Positions 12,685-25,399 of a stretch of DNA of 64,000 bases are shown here, piece after piece. The first letter of the stretch is position 1. Each line of letters opens with the position of its first letter. The translations under genes were made by a program, and so were the position numbers. The notes under the pieces are model-generated. The model was not told where the DNA came from. It was given only the letters and a program-made list of their open reading frames with translations, and did no database searches. The stretch is from NCBI GenBank assembly GCA_951406725.2, contig OX597824.1, positions 62,372,001 to 62,436,000 on the forward strand, given 5' to 3'. Source of the stretch: Octopus vulgaris (Eukaryota).

Positions 12685-14206
12685 TGAAATTTACAGAAAA
12701 ATAACAGACGATGGCAGATGTATAAACAAGTAGGTGTATTAGTCTGACGCTCGGGAAAGCGAGGGAATCTTTAACGTTTCGAACCTACGCTTTTCAACAG
12801 AATGTAACACGAAGTAATAAACAAAGATTTACCGAAAAATCATGGTGACTAGTTTGAAAACGGTAGTCTGACAGGGAAGCTAGAAATAAAGGGAAATAAT
12901 AAAGTACTGGTGATCCCAAAATGAAGATACGCGTACGTGTGATGGTGTGTGGTGTGGGCGCAGGAACGTGGTTAGAGCTAGTGTGTGTAGAGGGGTGTAG
13001 GGTGCTGGGTGTGGTGTGGTGGTGTAGCGGTGTGCAGTGTGGGTTTGTGAGAATGTGACTTTGGGGTGACGCTGTGTAGTGTGTGGTGAGGATGTAGGGT
13101 GGCGATGTGGGGTAGGGATGGGTATATGGGGGTGAAATATATATGGGTGGGTATGTGAGAGTGGGATGTGTGGGGTGGAGTGTGGATAGAGGGGGTGTCA
13201 AAGAAGAGAGAAGGTGGGTGGGAGTGAAGACAGGAAGTAGGTGTCAGGTTTAGAGAGGAGAGGAGAGGTGGGTAGAGTGAAGAGAGGAGAGGAATGGAGT
13301 CAAATGAATAGAGGAGGGTTGTTGAGCCCATGTGGTGCAAAAGAGCGAAGAAAGAAGATTAATTCCTGTTCACAGCGAGGGTGGGTGTCCGGATGATTCC
13401 TGTGCAAAGACAATCTGAACACAGACAGGTGTTTTAATGAACGACCAGTAGAGCAGAAATGGCGTGAGACAGGTGTGTCATTGCCGCGTATAATGTCGCG
13501 GAGGTGCTCCGTGAACCGGTCAGCCAAGCGGCGTTCCGTTCTACCGATGTACAGAGAAGGGCAGAAAGAGCAGGAAATGCAGTAAATGACGTTGCTAGAA
13601 GTGCTGGTAAAGGAGTCTGTGATATGATAGGGACGATGATGGGTACCTGTGAGGATGGTGATGTTGGACAGGTAGGGACAAGTGTGGCAGCCTGGGTGGG
13701 GGCAGGAGAACGAACTATGTTGGCAGGTGTGGTTAGGGAAGAAACTGTGGACCAGAAGGTCACGTAGATTGTGGACACGTTTTAAGGAGAAATGGGGTAG
13801 GTTGGAGAAGATTTGTGACGTGGAGCTCTCGGATTGGAGTCACCGGAAAGTTCGGAGAATGGGGTGTTGAGGAGTGGTAGATGAGGCGAACAGAAATCGG
13901 GCAACGCGGAGGGTGCGTGGAGAGAGAGCAGAGACACGGTGCTCCATCATGGGCTGTAAGGGGATATCTACGAAGGATGAAGTGGTGAAACATGAGTTGA
14001 GATTTAGTCTCAAAGTCATGGTTGTCACTGCAGAGCTTGAGCAGTTGGAGGAATTGGGAGTGGGAAATAGGGAGATTGGTGTGGGTAGAGTGACAGAAGA
14101 AGAAGTTAAGGTTGAGTATAAATTGGTGTATTTGTAGTGGATGGAGGTAACGAGTACGCAGTTGTGTATGTCGACCGAAATGTTGAGGAAGGCGACGGAA
14201 GTGTTG
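12680..14206 (-). mobile_element. 5'-truncated, decayed Neptune-type PLE (RT thumb, GIY-YIG, pLTR)
   Basis: Minus strand gives VAFLNISV, then TSSNVIYCISCSFCPSLYIGRT-ERRLADRFTEHLRDI...PVSRHF...EQELIFFLRSFAPHGLN; HHR-like motif near 12766-12803. Confidence 0.85.
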
Positions 14207-14399
14207 AAAATATATATATATCTGTATATGTATATGTAATAATAATAATAATAATTTGAATATAAACCTCCATATGGCCAATGTTGGAGAGCTACTGAAA
14301 GTGTATGTAGTACAAAATCCACGGCTTTGTTAAAAATAAAGGATCCATTAAAAAAGAAAAAGGAACTGGGAGCCTAATTGTTGCAGCCTAAGATCAAGC

Positions 14400-15120
14400 G
14401 ATAAAAGCAAACAACTTGAAAAAATACATATGGAGAGAATGTGTGAGAAAAATGTAAAGCCTGTGTAACTTGGAGGGAGACAGTGGTGCACACTGTGACA
14501 GAATGCCCCAATTTGGCACAGGGACAATATTAAAAATAGAGGCAGGTCCAGGTCGTAAATGTTTTACACTGGAAACTGTACCAGAAACGAGTATTTGAAG
14601 TTGGAAAACATGGTAAAAGCACCTAGTCGAAAGAGTACTGGATTTGGAGAAATGTATGATTTCGTGGGACTCCAATATTCAAATGGACAAGAAGATAGAA
14701 TATAATTGACCGGACGGAATAATTATAGATTAGGAAATGCGAAACTTGTTTGGCATCAACCTATCATGCCGGTTTGATTCCAAGATCGTAAAGAAAGAGG
14801 AAGTAAACAAAAAATCCCCAATCTGTTAAAATTTGAAGACGAAGAATTTGGAGCGTGAGGACAGTAAAAGTCGTGCCTATAATAATTGGTGCGTTGGGAA
14901 CAGTATGGAAAGATACAGACAAATGGCTGATGGGGATTGAAATAGAATGACCGGAAGATCTCTTATAGAAAGTTTGTCGCTTAGGGACAGCAAGGATTAT
15001 CAGGAGGGTTTTCTAAGCACTTGAAAGACAGCTGAAACTTGTGTATACCTAAGGTTACAGGGAGTATCCCGCTGCCCCTTAAATCCTACCAGGAATAAGA
15101 CCGAACCTAGGCCAAACCAA
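14400..15120 (+). mobile_element. 3' fragment of an R4/Dong-type non-LTR retrotransposon (RLE domain)
   Basis: Decayed CCHC region, LHWKLY, WDSNIQMDKKIEYN, VKVVPIIIGALGT, LGTARIIR; followed by a short (AAT)n. Confidence 0.75.
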
Positions 15121-16059
15121 AATAATAATGATGATAATTTCTTTCACTAGCTATAGGGATGAGGTCATGGATGAGGAAGACATCACACAGAACCGAAAAC
15201 AATTTACATAAATAACGGGTAGAAGGAAATGGAAAATACTGTGAAATGCCCTAAAAATACTCATGGTAAACAGAGTATGTTGTATCACGAATTGGGCAGT
15301 CTTCCTGATACAAGAGAAACTCCAAGGCCAAGCATGGAGTATCAGAACCTCAAGATTACCTGACCACTAAAAATTATGAGCCCTCTCACCTGCGCTCCAT
15401 CGGCACAGGTATATACTTAGAGCTGGGCCATTCACTCTAACCTTTTCTGCCAGTCACCCATCTTTTCACAAATTTACTGGAAGGTAGCACTTCTATATCC
15501 ACCCTCACTTTCCTTTCCAATTGGAATTTAAGGAAGTTGATGAGAGCTTGATCGATGAGAACTTGATCTTTCAGCTACTCCAGCAGACAATCACTTTGGC
15601 CATAACCACTAGACAGAGGAACACCGCCTGTCCTGCCATGTTAAATGTGGGCGGTTAGGCTATTCTCACAATGAATTCAGCTAACAGTTGGATTCGTCCC
15701 ACACGGGATAATGTCTGTTTGATATAACTCTACAAGTCAGCAATACTCAGACGCTGCATTAGTGCATGTAGAATGGTTTCGTTTCTTTGCACCCTTATTT
15801 TTAGGGGACGGCATATTTCGTTTTTTCTATGACCTACCACAGCTGCATGGGATAGAGTACACACAGTCTTTGCTCATATTCTCTTCTATTGGTGGTTTTA
15901 CTCGAAGGAGATATTTGCGAAGTGTTGTATTGCTCTTGAATAGTGGCCTGATGTCATATGGGTCTCATATCTTTTGTATCTTTTGGAAGATGAAGGCTGC
16001 AGAGTGTATGAGCAGAGACGTTGTATTAAAAAACAAACAAGATGGGACAAATATCCGTC

Positions 16060-18100
16060 AAATGGAAATAATGTAAATAAGGTGACACTTGTTTTCTGGC
16101 AATTCCAAGCAATACTGGTTTTTGTAGGTGTTCTGCCTTCACACTCGCACCAAACTTTTCCAGCCATTTTGTTACTTGAGTGCTGATACTTCTTAGTGCA
16201 CCAATTACTCTTGGTATCACGTCTACTCTCGTCATTAACCAACAACCTTTGTATTTCCCGCTTCAAGTCGTCATAGTTCTTCCTTTTTTATTCTTCTGTC
16301 ACATTGATCCTGTTGTCACCGGGGCATACTATATCGATTATCATATATGTTCTTTCTTTTTTTATTTATCACAACAATATCTGGTTTCCGATATCTAGTC
16401 GGTGATCGCACTGGATCATTGCGTCCCACAGCATTTTGCAAATCTCATTTTCGGTGACTCCTTCTGGATTTTCGGCATACCACGTCTTTGCTCATAGTAG
16501 GTTGTGGTTTCCACAGAAATCCTAATGGATTATTCTTACGATATTGTGTTTTCTATACGCAGTGTGCCCATTTCGGGCATTCGCTAACGATGGGCCATAC
16601 CGTTCAACCCTTCTCACGACATTCTGCATTTGTCGCTATCTGTAGTTTTGTCTATTCTGCAGTTCATATAGTTGGTCCTTAACGCTTGTTCCTGAGCTGC
16701 GCATATGAGTGCTTTTCTCTCTATCATCAGGTCACTCGTCCTTATGCATAACCACCGGTCCTGTATATCTGTCTTCGCGTTCACATCTCTTGCAAACTAA
16801 CCGTACCTTTTTCTTTGCTACCATGCACATTTTTTTTGTTCACCTGTTTAAATTTTTCTTCAGTTACACAATTTTCAGTGTTGATGTAACTGAGTAAACC
16901 TCTCTCATCCTTTCGTCTGGACAAGTACAGCCTATCGGTTTCACATTTAAGGTGGAACGCTCCGTGTACTGTTAACATTTTTCTGGTCTTGTTATCCATT
17001 TTCTTCATTTCTCTCTTTGGCCATTTTCTTCACTTCCCTCTTTGGCCATTTTCTTCACTTCCCTATTTGGCTCCATACCGAAGTGGTGCTATCGCGCACG
17101 TATTAACCGCTTGGATTTTATTCCATCCAGTCAATTTTGAGCGCAGCAAAGACCTCAGCCTTCGGAAATACTGCATCCTCAGTTGCTCTATCATTTCCTT
17201 TTCCATTATCTCGTTGAACTCTTGCACATCGAGGTATTTGTATCCTTCCATTTCAGTTTGTTTAATCAGAACTCTTTTCGGTAATTCTATCCCTATTAGG
17301 GACTGCACCTTATCCCATTTTATGTTGATTATTCTATATTTCTTGAGTCAAAATTTCATTTTAATATCAGTAATAAAATAGTGGACCGTGTTCACCAAGG
17401 AACTTGCTTGTGTCTCATCTTGCCCATATATTTTCAAATCATCCATGAAGTGTAGGTGGTTGATTATTTTGCATCTTTCCTTTAGCTGGTATCATGAAGA
17501 GAACAAAGTGCAACGGAGATAAGCTATCACCCAAGAAAATCCCTCTTTTTACACCCAGGGTGCCCAAGCTTTTTCCGTAAGATGTCAGTTCAGTTTTCCA
17601 TCCCACCATACTTCTTTTTAGGAAACATGTTACATTCCTCACAATTCCAAACAGATCTAAGCATTCGACGATCCACAAATGAGGAATCATATCATAAGCT
17701 TTGCAATAGTCAATCCAGACCATTGCCAGATTTGTTCTCCTTTGTTTACAATCTTGCATTATCATTTTGTCTATCGATAGTTGGTCTCCTCCTACATCCT
17801 TTTTCGTTCCAGCAATATTATATCGTTCTCATCAAGGAATTTATGCAGTTCTTCTGCAATTCCTCCTTACAGTAACTTCAACATTAATGGTAGGTAGGAA
17901 ATCGGCCTGTATCTATCAGGCACAACACCGTTCGTCCTTTTATCAACCAGCCCAGGAGTTCTTCTTCCCCATTGAACAATGCAGTAAGTTGCTCTACGAT
18001 CAATTTATGTCAACTACTGAACTTTATTATCCAAATTCACTGTACACCATCAGGTCCAGCTGCTTTCCAGTTTCTTATCCATATTTTTGATAGTGTCTGG
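16060..18100 (-). mobile_element. Decayed R4/Dong-type non-LTR retrotransposon (RT and RLE)
   Basis: NLAMVWIDYCKAYDMIPH, RGIFLGDSLSPL, HLHFMDDLKIY, YKYL, DRLYLSRRKDERGLL, VIPRVIGAL...LLGIAR; many frameshifts. Confidence 0.9.
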
Positions 18101-20499
18101 TGTGAAGTGGATAGTGGCTATATCCACTGAGGATACAATTATTATCATTATTATTGTTGTTTTTGTTGTTCTTGTTCTTGTTAAGACAATTGAGTACCAG
18201 TAAAACATAGGCGCTGATATAATTAATTTGTTTATATTCCTTCTAAAATCCTCTTTATACCGCGAAATAAAGGCTTCTATATCTCAACAAAAGCTGGAAA
18301 ATAAGAACCACTCTACATATCTCAAAACTTTTAGGCATGAGTATATTTCCCATAAACTTAAAAGGATGACTACATCAACGTGTAACCTCATGAACTTTAC
18401 ATTACATCAAAACTCGAAGGCCATGCTTTTCAATCAAAATGTAGAAGATATCCAAAGTACCTAACAAAAAACAAAAAGATAGACACTGACCATTTTAAAC
18501 TTTCAAGTTGTAACAACAAATGCGATTGATGTCACTCTTCTGTGGAGGAAATAAAACAAAGAATCGGCAGATGTCTCAAAATATCTATTCAGCATTTTGG
18601 ATACCTGCAATTTGGATGTGAATATAAAGGTTGCTTTGAAAGTAGAATTCAAGTAAACATGAAAGCTTACACTGTCATTTGCGATACACAAGACATTTAG
18701 CATCAGCAGCTTGGCTCCAGCATTGTCTCCAAAGTCAAATCAAATTGAAACAAATTGCTATGCAAGCTAATTGTGATGTGGCGTGCACCACTGCAATATG
18801 TATTTACCTGATCTAAACTGCTTAAAAGAAAGGTACAGATCCCTGGCTTTAGTTTGTGAGAATACCACGAAAAGCTTGAAGTGTTGTGTTTATTTATCAA
18901 CTATACAGTCGCTCTTATAAATGTTTCTATAGATACTGTCCTCCATAAGTCACTAGAAAATCTGATGAAAAGGAATTACTTCTTTCTCTGTGCGTATCGT
19001 TTGTTGGAGTAATGAGGGCTCCGTTTTTAAGCCAAGCCAGATAAACATTCACATATGTCAAATCGTTAAGACTGATTACCATATGCAGGGCAAATGTCAG
19101 GTAGAAAAGTTTTGAGAACATTTATTCTTTGTTTTACGAATGTTAGTGTTTCGAGTATCTAGAAACTACTTTGGAAATTCCTTTTTTAACAAAACTATCC
19201 ACTGTACGAACACGTAGATTGTTTATTAAAATTCATTGATTTCATACGCTTTGCGAGGTATTATCTTTTCGTGTCGCCTCCGAAATATATGCTATTGTGC
19301 CATCATCAAAAACTGGAAGGATTTCTTTTCAGTTACCAACGAATAGTACATTAAGACTAAAGAACGGCTTTCCATAGCTTTAAACATCATACAAAATCCA
19401 ATAAAAGCATACGAAGACAAGCTTATATCCTATATTAACATCTTGCTAAATCAGTTACCTTGGTTATCTCTATTTGTATAGATGCGAATTGAGATGGTAG
19501 TGTGACAGAAAAGTATCTCTCACTTGAAATCAAAATATAAAATGTGTTTTTTTTTAACGAAGAATACAGCTGTAACGCATACTCTGTTATATATTTTCGT
19601 CTTTTATCAGATAAGACTTGATCCACTCTCTTGTCTTCTCTATATCGCTGATTTTAATTCTAAATATAAGCATTTTAGGAGTGAAGTGAATCCCAATTTA
19701 AAGGAGGAAGGGCGACCAGTTGACTTTGGTTTACGCTATCGGTATCATCTTCCACGTCATTATACTGATAAATTTTGTCAACGCGTGTCATGATTTTTAC
19801 ATGTTTTTCGGCTATGCTCCTATGTATTCCTGGTCAGCTACAACATACCACCATACGAGTTTACTGCTCTTCAGAAGCATGCTAAGTCACCTTACCGAAA
19901 AATAAAAGAAACAATGGGAAAATATTTATTGCAGTTTATTGTTTTCAGCCTTATGATAAATTCATCATCATGTCAAGCAAACCAGTACCTAACCGTATTT
20001 CATGTTATGTCTGTTGAAGCTGAGATTCAAACGTTTAGTTAAGTTGTATGGACTTGTTATTCATAGATTCAATTTCCCTTCTTTTTATTTTCTTCATCCT
20101 TCTGTTTTTACTGCCAGCTCTTCTATTTAGGTTATATAGCTTTTGCAACATCTAAAAGCTGTAAACAAATGATTCCTGTAGCAGCAATAATGAGAAACAA
20201 TATTTTAAAGATTGTGCAACAAGCAGTAGCAATATCATGTAGAAGAAAAACAAACAAGGAAAAAACGAAGTAATAAATTTCCATAATGAACTTTACTTGT
20301 ATGACTGAATAATTTTGTAATATAATATACGCCGCAAGAGTAATAAAAAACAACATATATGAAATATGTAATCAGATCCTGTTCTAACAATTCAAAGTTT
20401 TCAAAAAGTAGCGCATGCCTGGATATATCCACAATGTGGAAGAATTTCCAAGCGATCACGATGAAAAACTTTTTATATAACTTTTATTAGTTTCATATT

Positions 20500-20690
20500 T
20501 TAGCAGAAGGGAATGGCGAAAGTCGATCACATCGACCTCTAATGATTAATCAGTACTTAATTTAGGGAACCCGGAAGAATGATAAGCAGTTTCAACCTCG
20601 GCGGAATTTGAACTCAGAACATAAATATGGACGGAATGCTGCTAAGCATTTCACAAGCATACTTACGATTCTGCCAGCCCGTTGCCTTAT
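20500..20690 (-). mobile_element. tRNA-derived SINE (family 2)
   Basis: cctcggcggaatttgaactcagaac...ctaagcattt...gattctgccagc is the inverse of the family head. Confidence 0.75.
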
Positions 20691-21685
20691 ATATAATACT
20701 AATTAACAAATAATTTGCTTAGAACCTCATGAAGTGTTGTAAATCGTTGATGAATACGAGCAAAGTTTTGTGCAAATTTACATTTAGCACTAACACAATT
20801 GCGGGTGCTTTAAATACATTATTAAAAAATTGAGAATCAAATTTATACTCTTATTAATATTTTGGCCGAATTTGTACTGTTCTTGAAGTATTTTATGATT
20901 TGCTCTTCCATAATACGAAATTAGTTTGATTTACAATAAATGGCAGTGGAAGTTGTGGATTACCAGAAATGCTATCCAACCATTTAAAATTATTTCTACA
21001 TACAATTATCTTCATTGTTTGAAATTATGGTAGCAAGATGGTTATTATTATAATTGATATCATTTATTAAGTGAAAAATGTCGATGCTGTCAGTCGGTGT
21101 GTAAGAAACAACAGTCAAATCATCTCATAATTATAACCTCGCAAACAGGTGAAAGACCTTTCCTCGAACACGAATAAAAATAACAAGAACACAAACAATA
21201 TTCCCACCTCAAAATAGCACCTATAATAAATATATTACCAAGTGAAGAACAACGAAAATAGCGTAAGTATACCTCAACTAAATACAAAAACAGCACAAAC
21301 ATACAAAGAAAAGTAATTTTTAATTGCATGTGAAATATGTCCTTAATGAAGCTCCCTATTAAAGCATAATGACATGATTTTTTTGTCATATGCAATAATT
21401 TGCAGCATCTGACAAAGTGCAGGGCCTCCCAATAACGCTAATTATTAGCAATTATTAAAGAACGGACAACCGAAGCTTCAGTTATGTTAAACTTGCATCT
21501 GTGTTATTCATTAGTGCCTTAAACCACATATAAATGCTGATTTGTTTAGTTCTCAGATAGTTATAGTATCACGCACGGACGTGTTGTTAAGACATTTCGT
21601 GAAGAATCTCGTAATTATATTTCATTTTTATAATGGAATATAAGTTGTACACTTGTGCTGTCATTATCAGAGAATCGTTTAAATG

Positions 21686-22305
21686 CGGCGAGTTAGCAGA
21701 ATCGCTAGCACGCCGGGCGAAATGCTTAGCAGTATCTTGTCTGTCTTCATGTTCTGAGTTTGACTAGGTTGACTTCCGCCGAGGTTGACTAGGCCTTTCA
21801 TCTTTTCGGGCGACGATAAATTAAGTACCAATGAAATACTGGTGTCGATGAAATCGTCTGTCCCCTTCCCCGAATTTCAGGTCTTGTGCCTTCAGTAGAA
21901 AGGATTATTAGACAATCGTTTGAAGGCGGCGAGGTATTTCGTCTGTCGCTATGTTCTGAGGTCAAATTCCGCCGAGGTCGACTTTGCATTTTATCTTTTC
22001 GGGGTCGATTAAATACATACCAGTTGCGCTCTAGGGTCGATGTAATCAACTTGATCGCTTCCCCTAAATTTCAGGCCTTGTGCCTACAGTAGAAAGAGGT
22101 ATTAGAGAATTGTTAGCACGCCGGGCAAAATGCTTAACGGTATTTCGTTTGTCACTACGTTCTGAGTTCGTATTCCGTTGAGGTCGGCTTTGCCTTTTAT
22201 TCTTTCAGAGTCGATGAATTAAGTACCAGTTACACACTGGGATCGGTAACATCAACTAGTCTCCCACCTCCAAATTCCAGGCCTTGGGCCTACAGAAGAA
22301 AGGAA
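21686..22305 (+). mobile_element. Three head-to-tail SINE copies (family 2, Meta-domain-like)
   Basis: Repeats of gttctgagtt...ccgccgaggtcgactttgcctttcatc-tttcggggtcgataaattaagtaccag...tgtgcct-agtagaaagga starting near 21686, 21923 and 22105. Confidence 0.8.
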
Positions 22306-22509
22306 TATATGTTATGAAAATGTGAAGGCGAAATTATAGTCAGTTTCAAAATGATTTACCTCATTTATATAGTTTGTAATATATTTTCATTTTGTGTTAT
22401 TAAGGTGAGAACTTTAATCCCGTGCTCGTTATTTTAATCACACACCCCTACACACATACATGCACATACACATACAAACATATACATACAGACAAACGCA
22501 CATATATAT

Positions 22510-22745
22510 AGAAGAAGTTGGAAGTTATGGCCGATCACTTATAAAGCGCTTAGCAGCTTACCAGAATAGACGACACAAAGGGGAATGTAAAGAAATATAT
22601 TCTGTCTCTAATGCTTTAGAGTGTATGAGCAGGAGTACACACGGAAAGGAAAAGTCTCGTTGAAGAGGTCACAGATATGTGACGAAAGATTTCCGGACAA
22701 TGAATAGGCATTAAGATAAAAAATAGCAGTAATAAACGAGTGAAT
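22510..22745 (+). mobile_element. PLE 3' remnant with an HHR-like motif at 22654-22698
   Basis: GRSLIKRL resembles a GIY-YIG helix; gtctcg-TTGAAGA-g-gtcac(agatat)gtgac-GAAA-gatt-TC-cggac; related 3' sequence at ~45405-45470. Confidence 0.6.
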
Positions 22746-22747
22746 AC

Positions 22748-22774
22748 TATATATATATCATATATATATATATC

Positions 22775-22847
<73 letters not shown>

Positions 22848-23032
22848 GTGTGTGTGTGTGTGTGTGTTTGTTTGTGTGTGTGTGTGTGTGCGTGTATGTA
22901 TATATATATATGAGTGAGCGAATGAGTGAGCGAGCGAGTTAGTGAGTGAGCGAGTGAGTGAGCGAGTGAGTAACTGAGTAAGTGAGTGAGTGAGGGAGGG
23001 AGTGAGTGAGTGAGTGGGTGAGTGAGTGAGTA
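22748..23032. repeat. Compound microsatellite (TA)n(TG)n(GAGT)n, representative of dozens of such tracts in the window
   Basis: Directly visible. Confidence 0.95.
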
Positions 23033-23684
23033 TATAAATATTTGTATTTATTTGTGTTGTTAAAGAAATAGAATCAGTTGCGGTCGGGGGTAATTGCTTA
23101 GAGAATATGCTCCAGCCCTCTGTGCTCTGAGCCGAAAAACTCTCAAAATCCGAATATACGTTTCAAATATCTTTTGATCGATAGATATATTACCAATCGT
23201 TCCCTTTCTTCTCCCATTTTGGAGGAAAGCGGGCATGGACAAATGAACAACGGGGCACACTTAACTGCTTTAAATTCCGATGACATGCTATAAATCATGA
23301 TCACCAACATCATCTGTCCTAGATTATATGTTATTCACTCTGCACTACCACGTCACACGAAGGCACATTTACCCATCGGTGTAATTTACTATATGCAAAT
23401 AGGATGTAAGATCCTATTTATTCAGCACAGGCTCCAATATGAGAAAGCATACTATAATAGTGGATATGGATATACTGAAAATGGAATAAGACGATTCTGT
23501 TCTTTCCAGATTCTGTAACATTTCATAAGTATTTATTTATTTATTTTCATTATGCTGCTATACTTGAAAGAAAAATATTCACTCCGCTCGTAGGTAAGGG
23601 CGATTTACCCGTGCACATGGTTGTGTGTGTGTGTGTGTGTAATAAAAGTAAGTAAATATATATATATACATACATATATATATA

Positions 23685-23751
<67 letters not shown>

Positions 23752-24635
23752 CTTACTTTTATTTACACGCACACACAGACACAACCATGTATATATATAT
23801 ATATATATATATATATGAGTGTGTGATGTATATGTGTGTATATGCATATGCATGGATGTACATGAGTTTGCATATATGCGAGTATTTATGTAATGTCTGC
23901 GGTTGAAAATATATATTATGTAAAGGTTGTTGTCAAGAGAAATATGAAAGTACAAAAACAGATGTTGAGAAGTATTGATAGAATGAAAATGTGGTGATAT
24001 TGTTTTGTTAGAAATTTATATTTTGTTTTAATATATTTAGAATTTCAAAAGTCAGCAAATACAAAACTTCTTAAAAGCTTACTGCGAATGCAATGACAGA
24101 TTTTATTTAGCTGCATGGCATGGCATTATTTACTGGTGTTTCTTTTTATTTGGAATACAATGCACACGACAGTCAATTATAGAGATCTAGCTACTGTTTG
24201 GTTTCAATGCTTTGTACTCAACTTCGGCAAAATTTTCCATTTGTCTCTGGTATCTTGATAGATAATTATATTGCTGATGTTCAGTTTCATAATTTTTGCG
24301 GATACTGTCATACGAAAAACTTGAATTGCTGAAGGAGTGTTCTTAACAAATTATTTTGAAGCTGAAGGTCAAGTTACCTGCCATTTTTCCAAGGATTCAT
24401 TCATAAGAAGGTTTAAAAGAAGTGGTCCACATCACAGAGATTGCAGTCGTTATATTCAAATGAACGGAAAAGTGTTATAATGAATAGCATAATGGCGGAT
24501 TTGATACGGGTGATGCGAACTTCTTTCACAGATTTCTCGCCAAATTCTGTCACAAGGCATTGTGGTTGCAAATTTCTCAAACACAAAATTCTTCTTTTGC
24601 ACACATACACACACGCACTCATATATATATATATC

Positions 24636-24688
<53 letters not shown>

Positions 24689-24689
24689 G

Positions 24690-24895
24690 TAGGGAGAGTT
24701 TAGGAAAAAAAAACAAAAGACGAAGACAGGTGGTGTACAAAACAAACAGATGTATTAGTATTACGCTCAGGAATGGAAAAAGTCTTTTACGTTTCGAGCC
24801 TACTCTCTTCTACAGAAAGAGACACAGACAAAAAAGGAGAGAAACAAGGAGAGAGAAAAAAAGGAGAGAAAAATGTGTGTAGTGGCTAACGATCA
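24690..24895 (-). mobile_element. Solo pLTR of the 12680-14206 family with an HHR-like motif
   Basis: Minus strand tcttt-CTGTAGA-agagagtaggctc-GAAA-cg-TA-aaaga at about 24783-24820. Confidence 0.7.
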
Positions 24896-25399
24896 ATAAG
24901 TGTAAGTACTGACCATATAGATCTTGACGTTTTCAAGAGCTATATGGTCAACAAGGATTCAGCATGAGTAAAAGATCTGAAACAGTAAAACTGATGTATT
25001 GATGGTGTATGACCGTATAGCTATACATATATATTATTTTCTTCTATTCTTCCAGACATGAAGCTGTGTCCATGCTAGCTGCTATTAGTTTCATACTGTG
25101 AAAATACAATAAACTGACAAGCTTGTATACCATGCCCTGTGTTTTCAAGCAATCTATGAAACTCAAATATAGCCCATGGCCTGTCACTTTTGCAAAAGAA
25201 CGAAAAAGGATAATGGTCTCTAGAAAAAAATCGATGAAGGATGCTGGGCTTTGAAAAAATACAAAATGACAAGAATGCAAAAAGTGGAACAAGACAAAAG
25301 AAATCGAAAATAGAAAATCAAGTGATACGACCTTTTGTTCGAATCAGAATTGGTATAATGTAATTGATTGAGGGGAAAATCAAAGTCTGGGATCCTGCA

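Noticed and set aside
18500-19650. Possible hAT transposase remnant (SSERYFS)
   Set aside because: Only one short motif, with no TIRs or continuous frame
24910-24950. Hairpin tgaccatatag..ctatatggtca as a terminator or miRNA
   Set aside because: Too short and adjacent to pLTR debris; no support for a function
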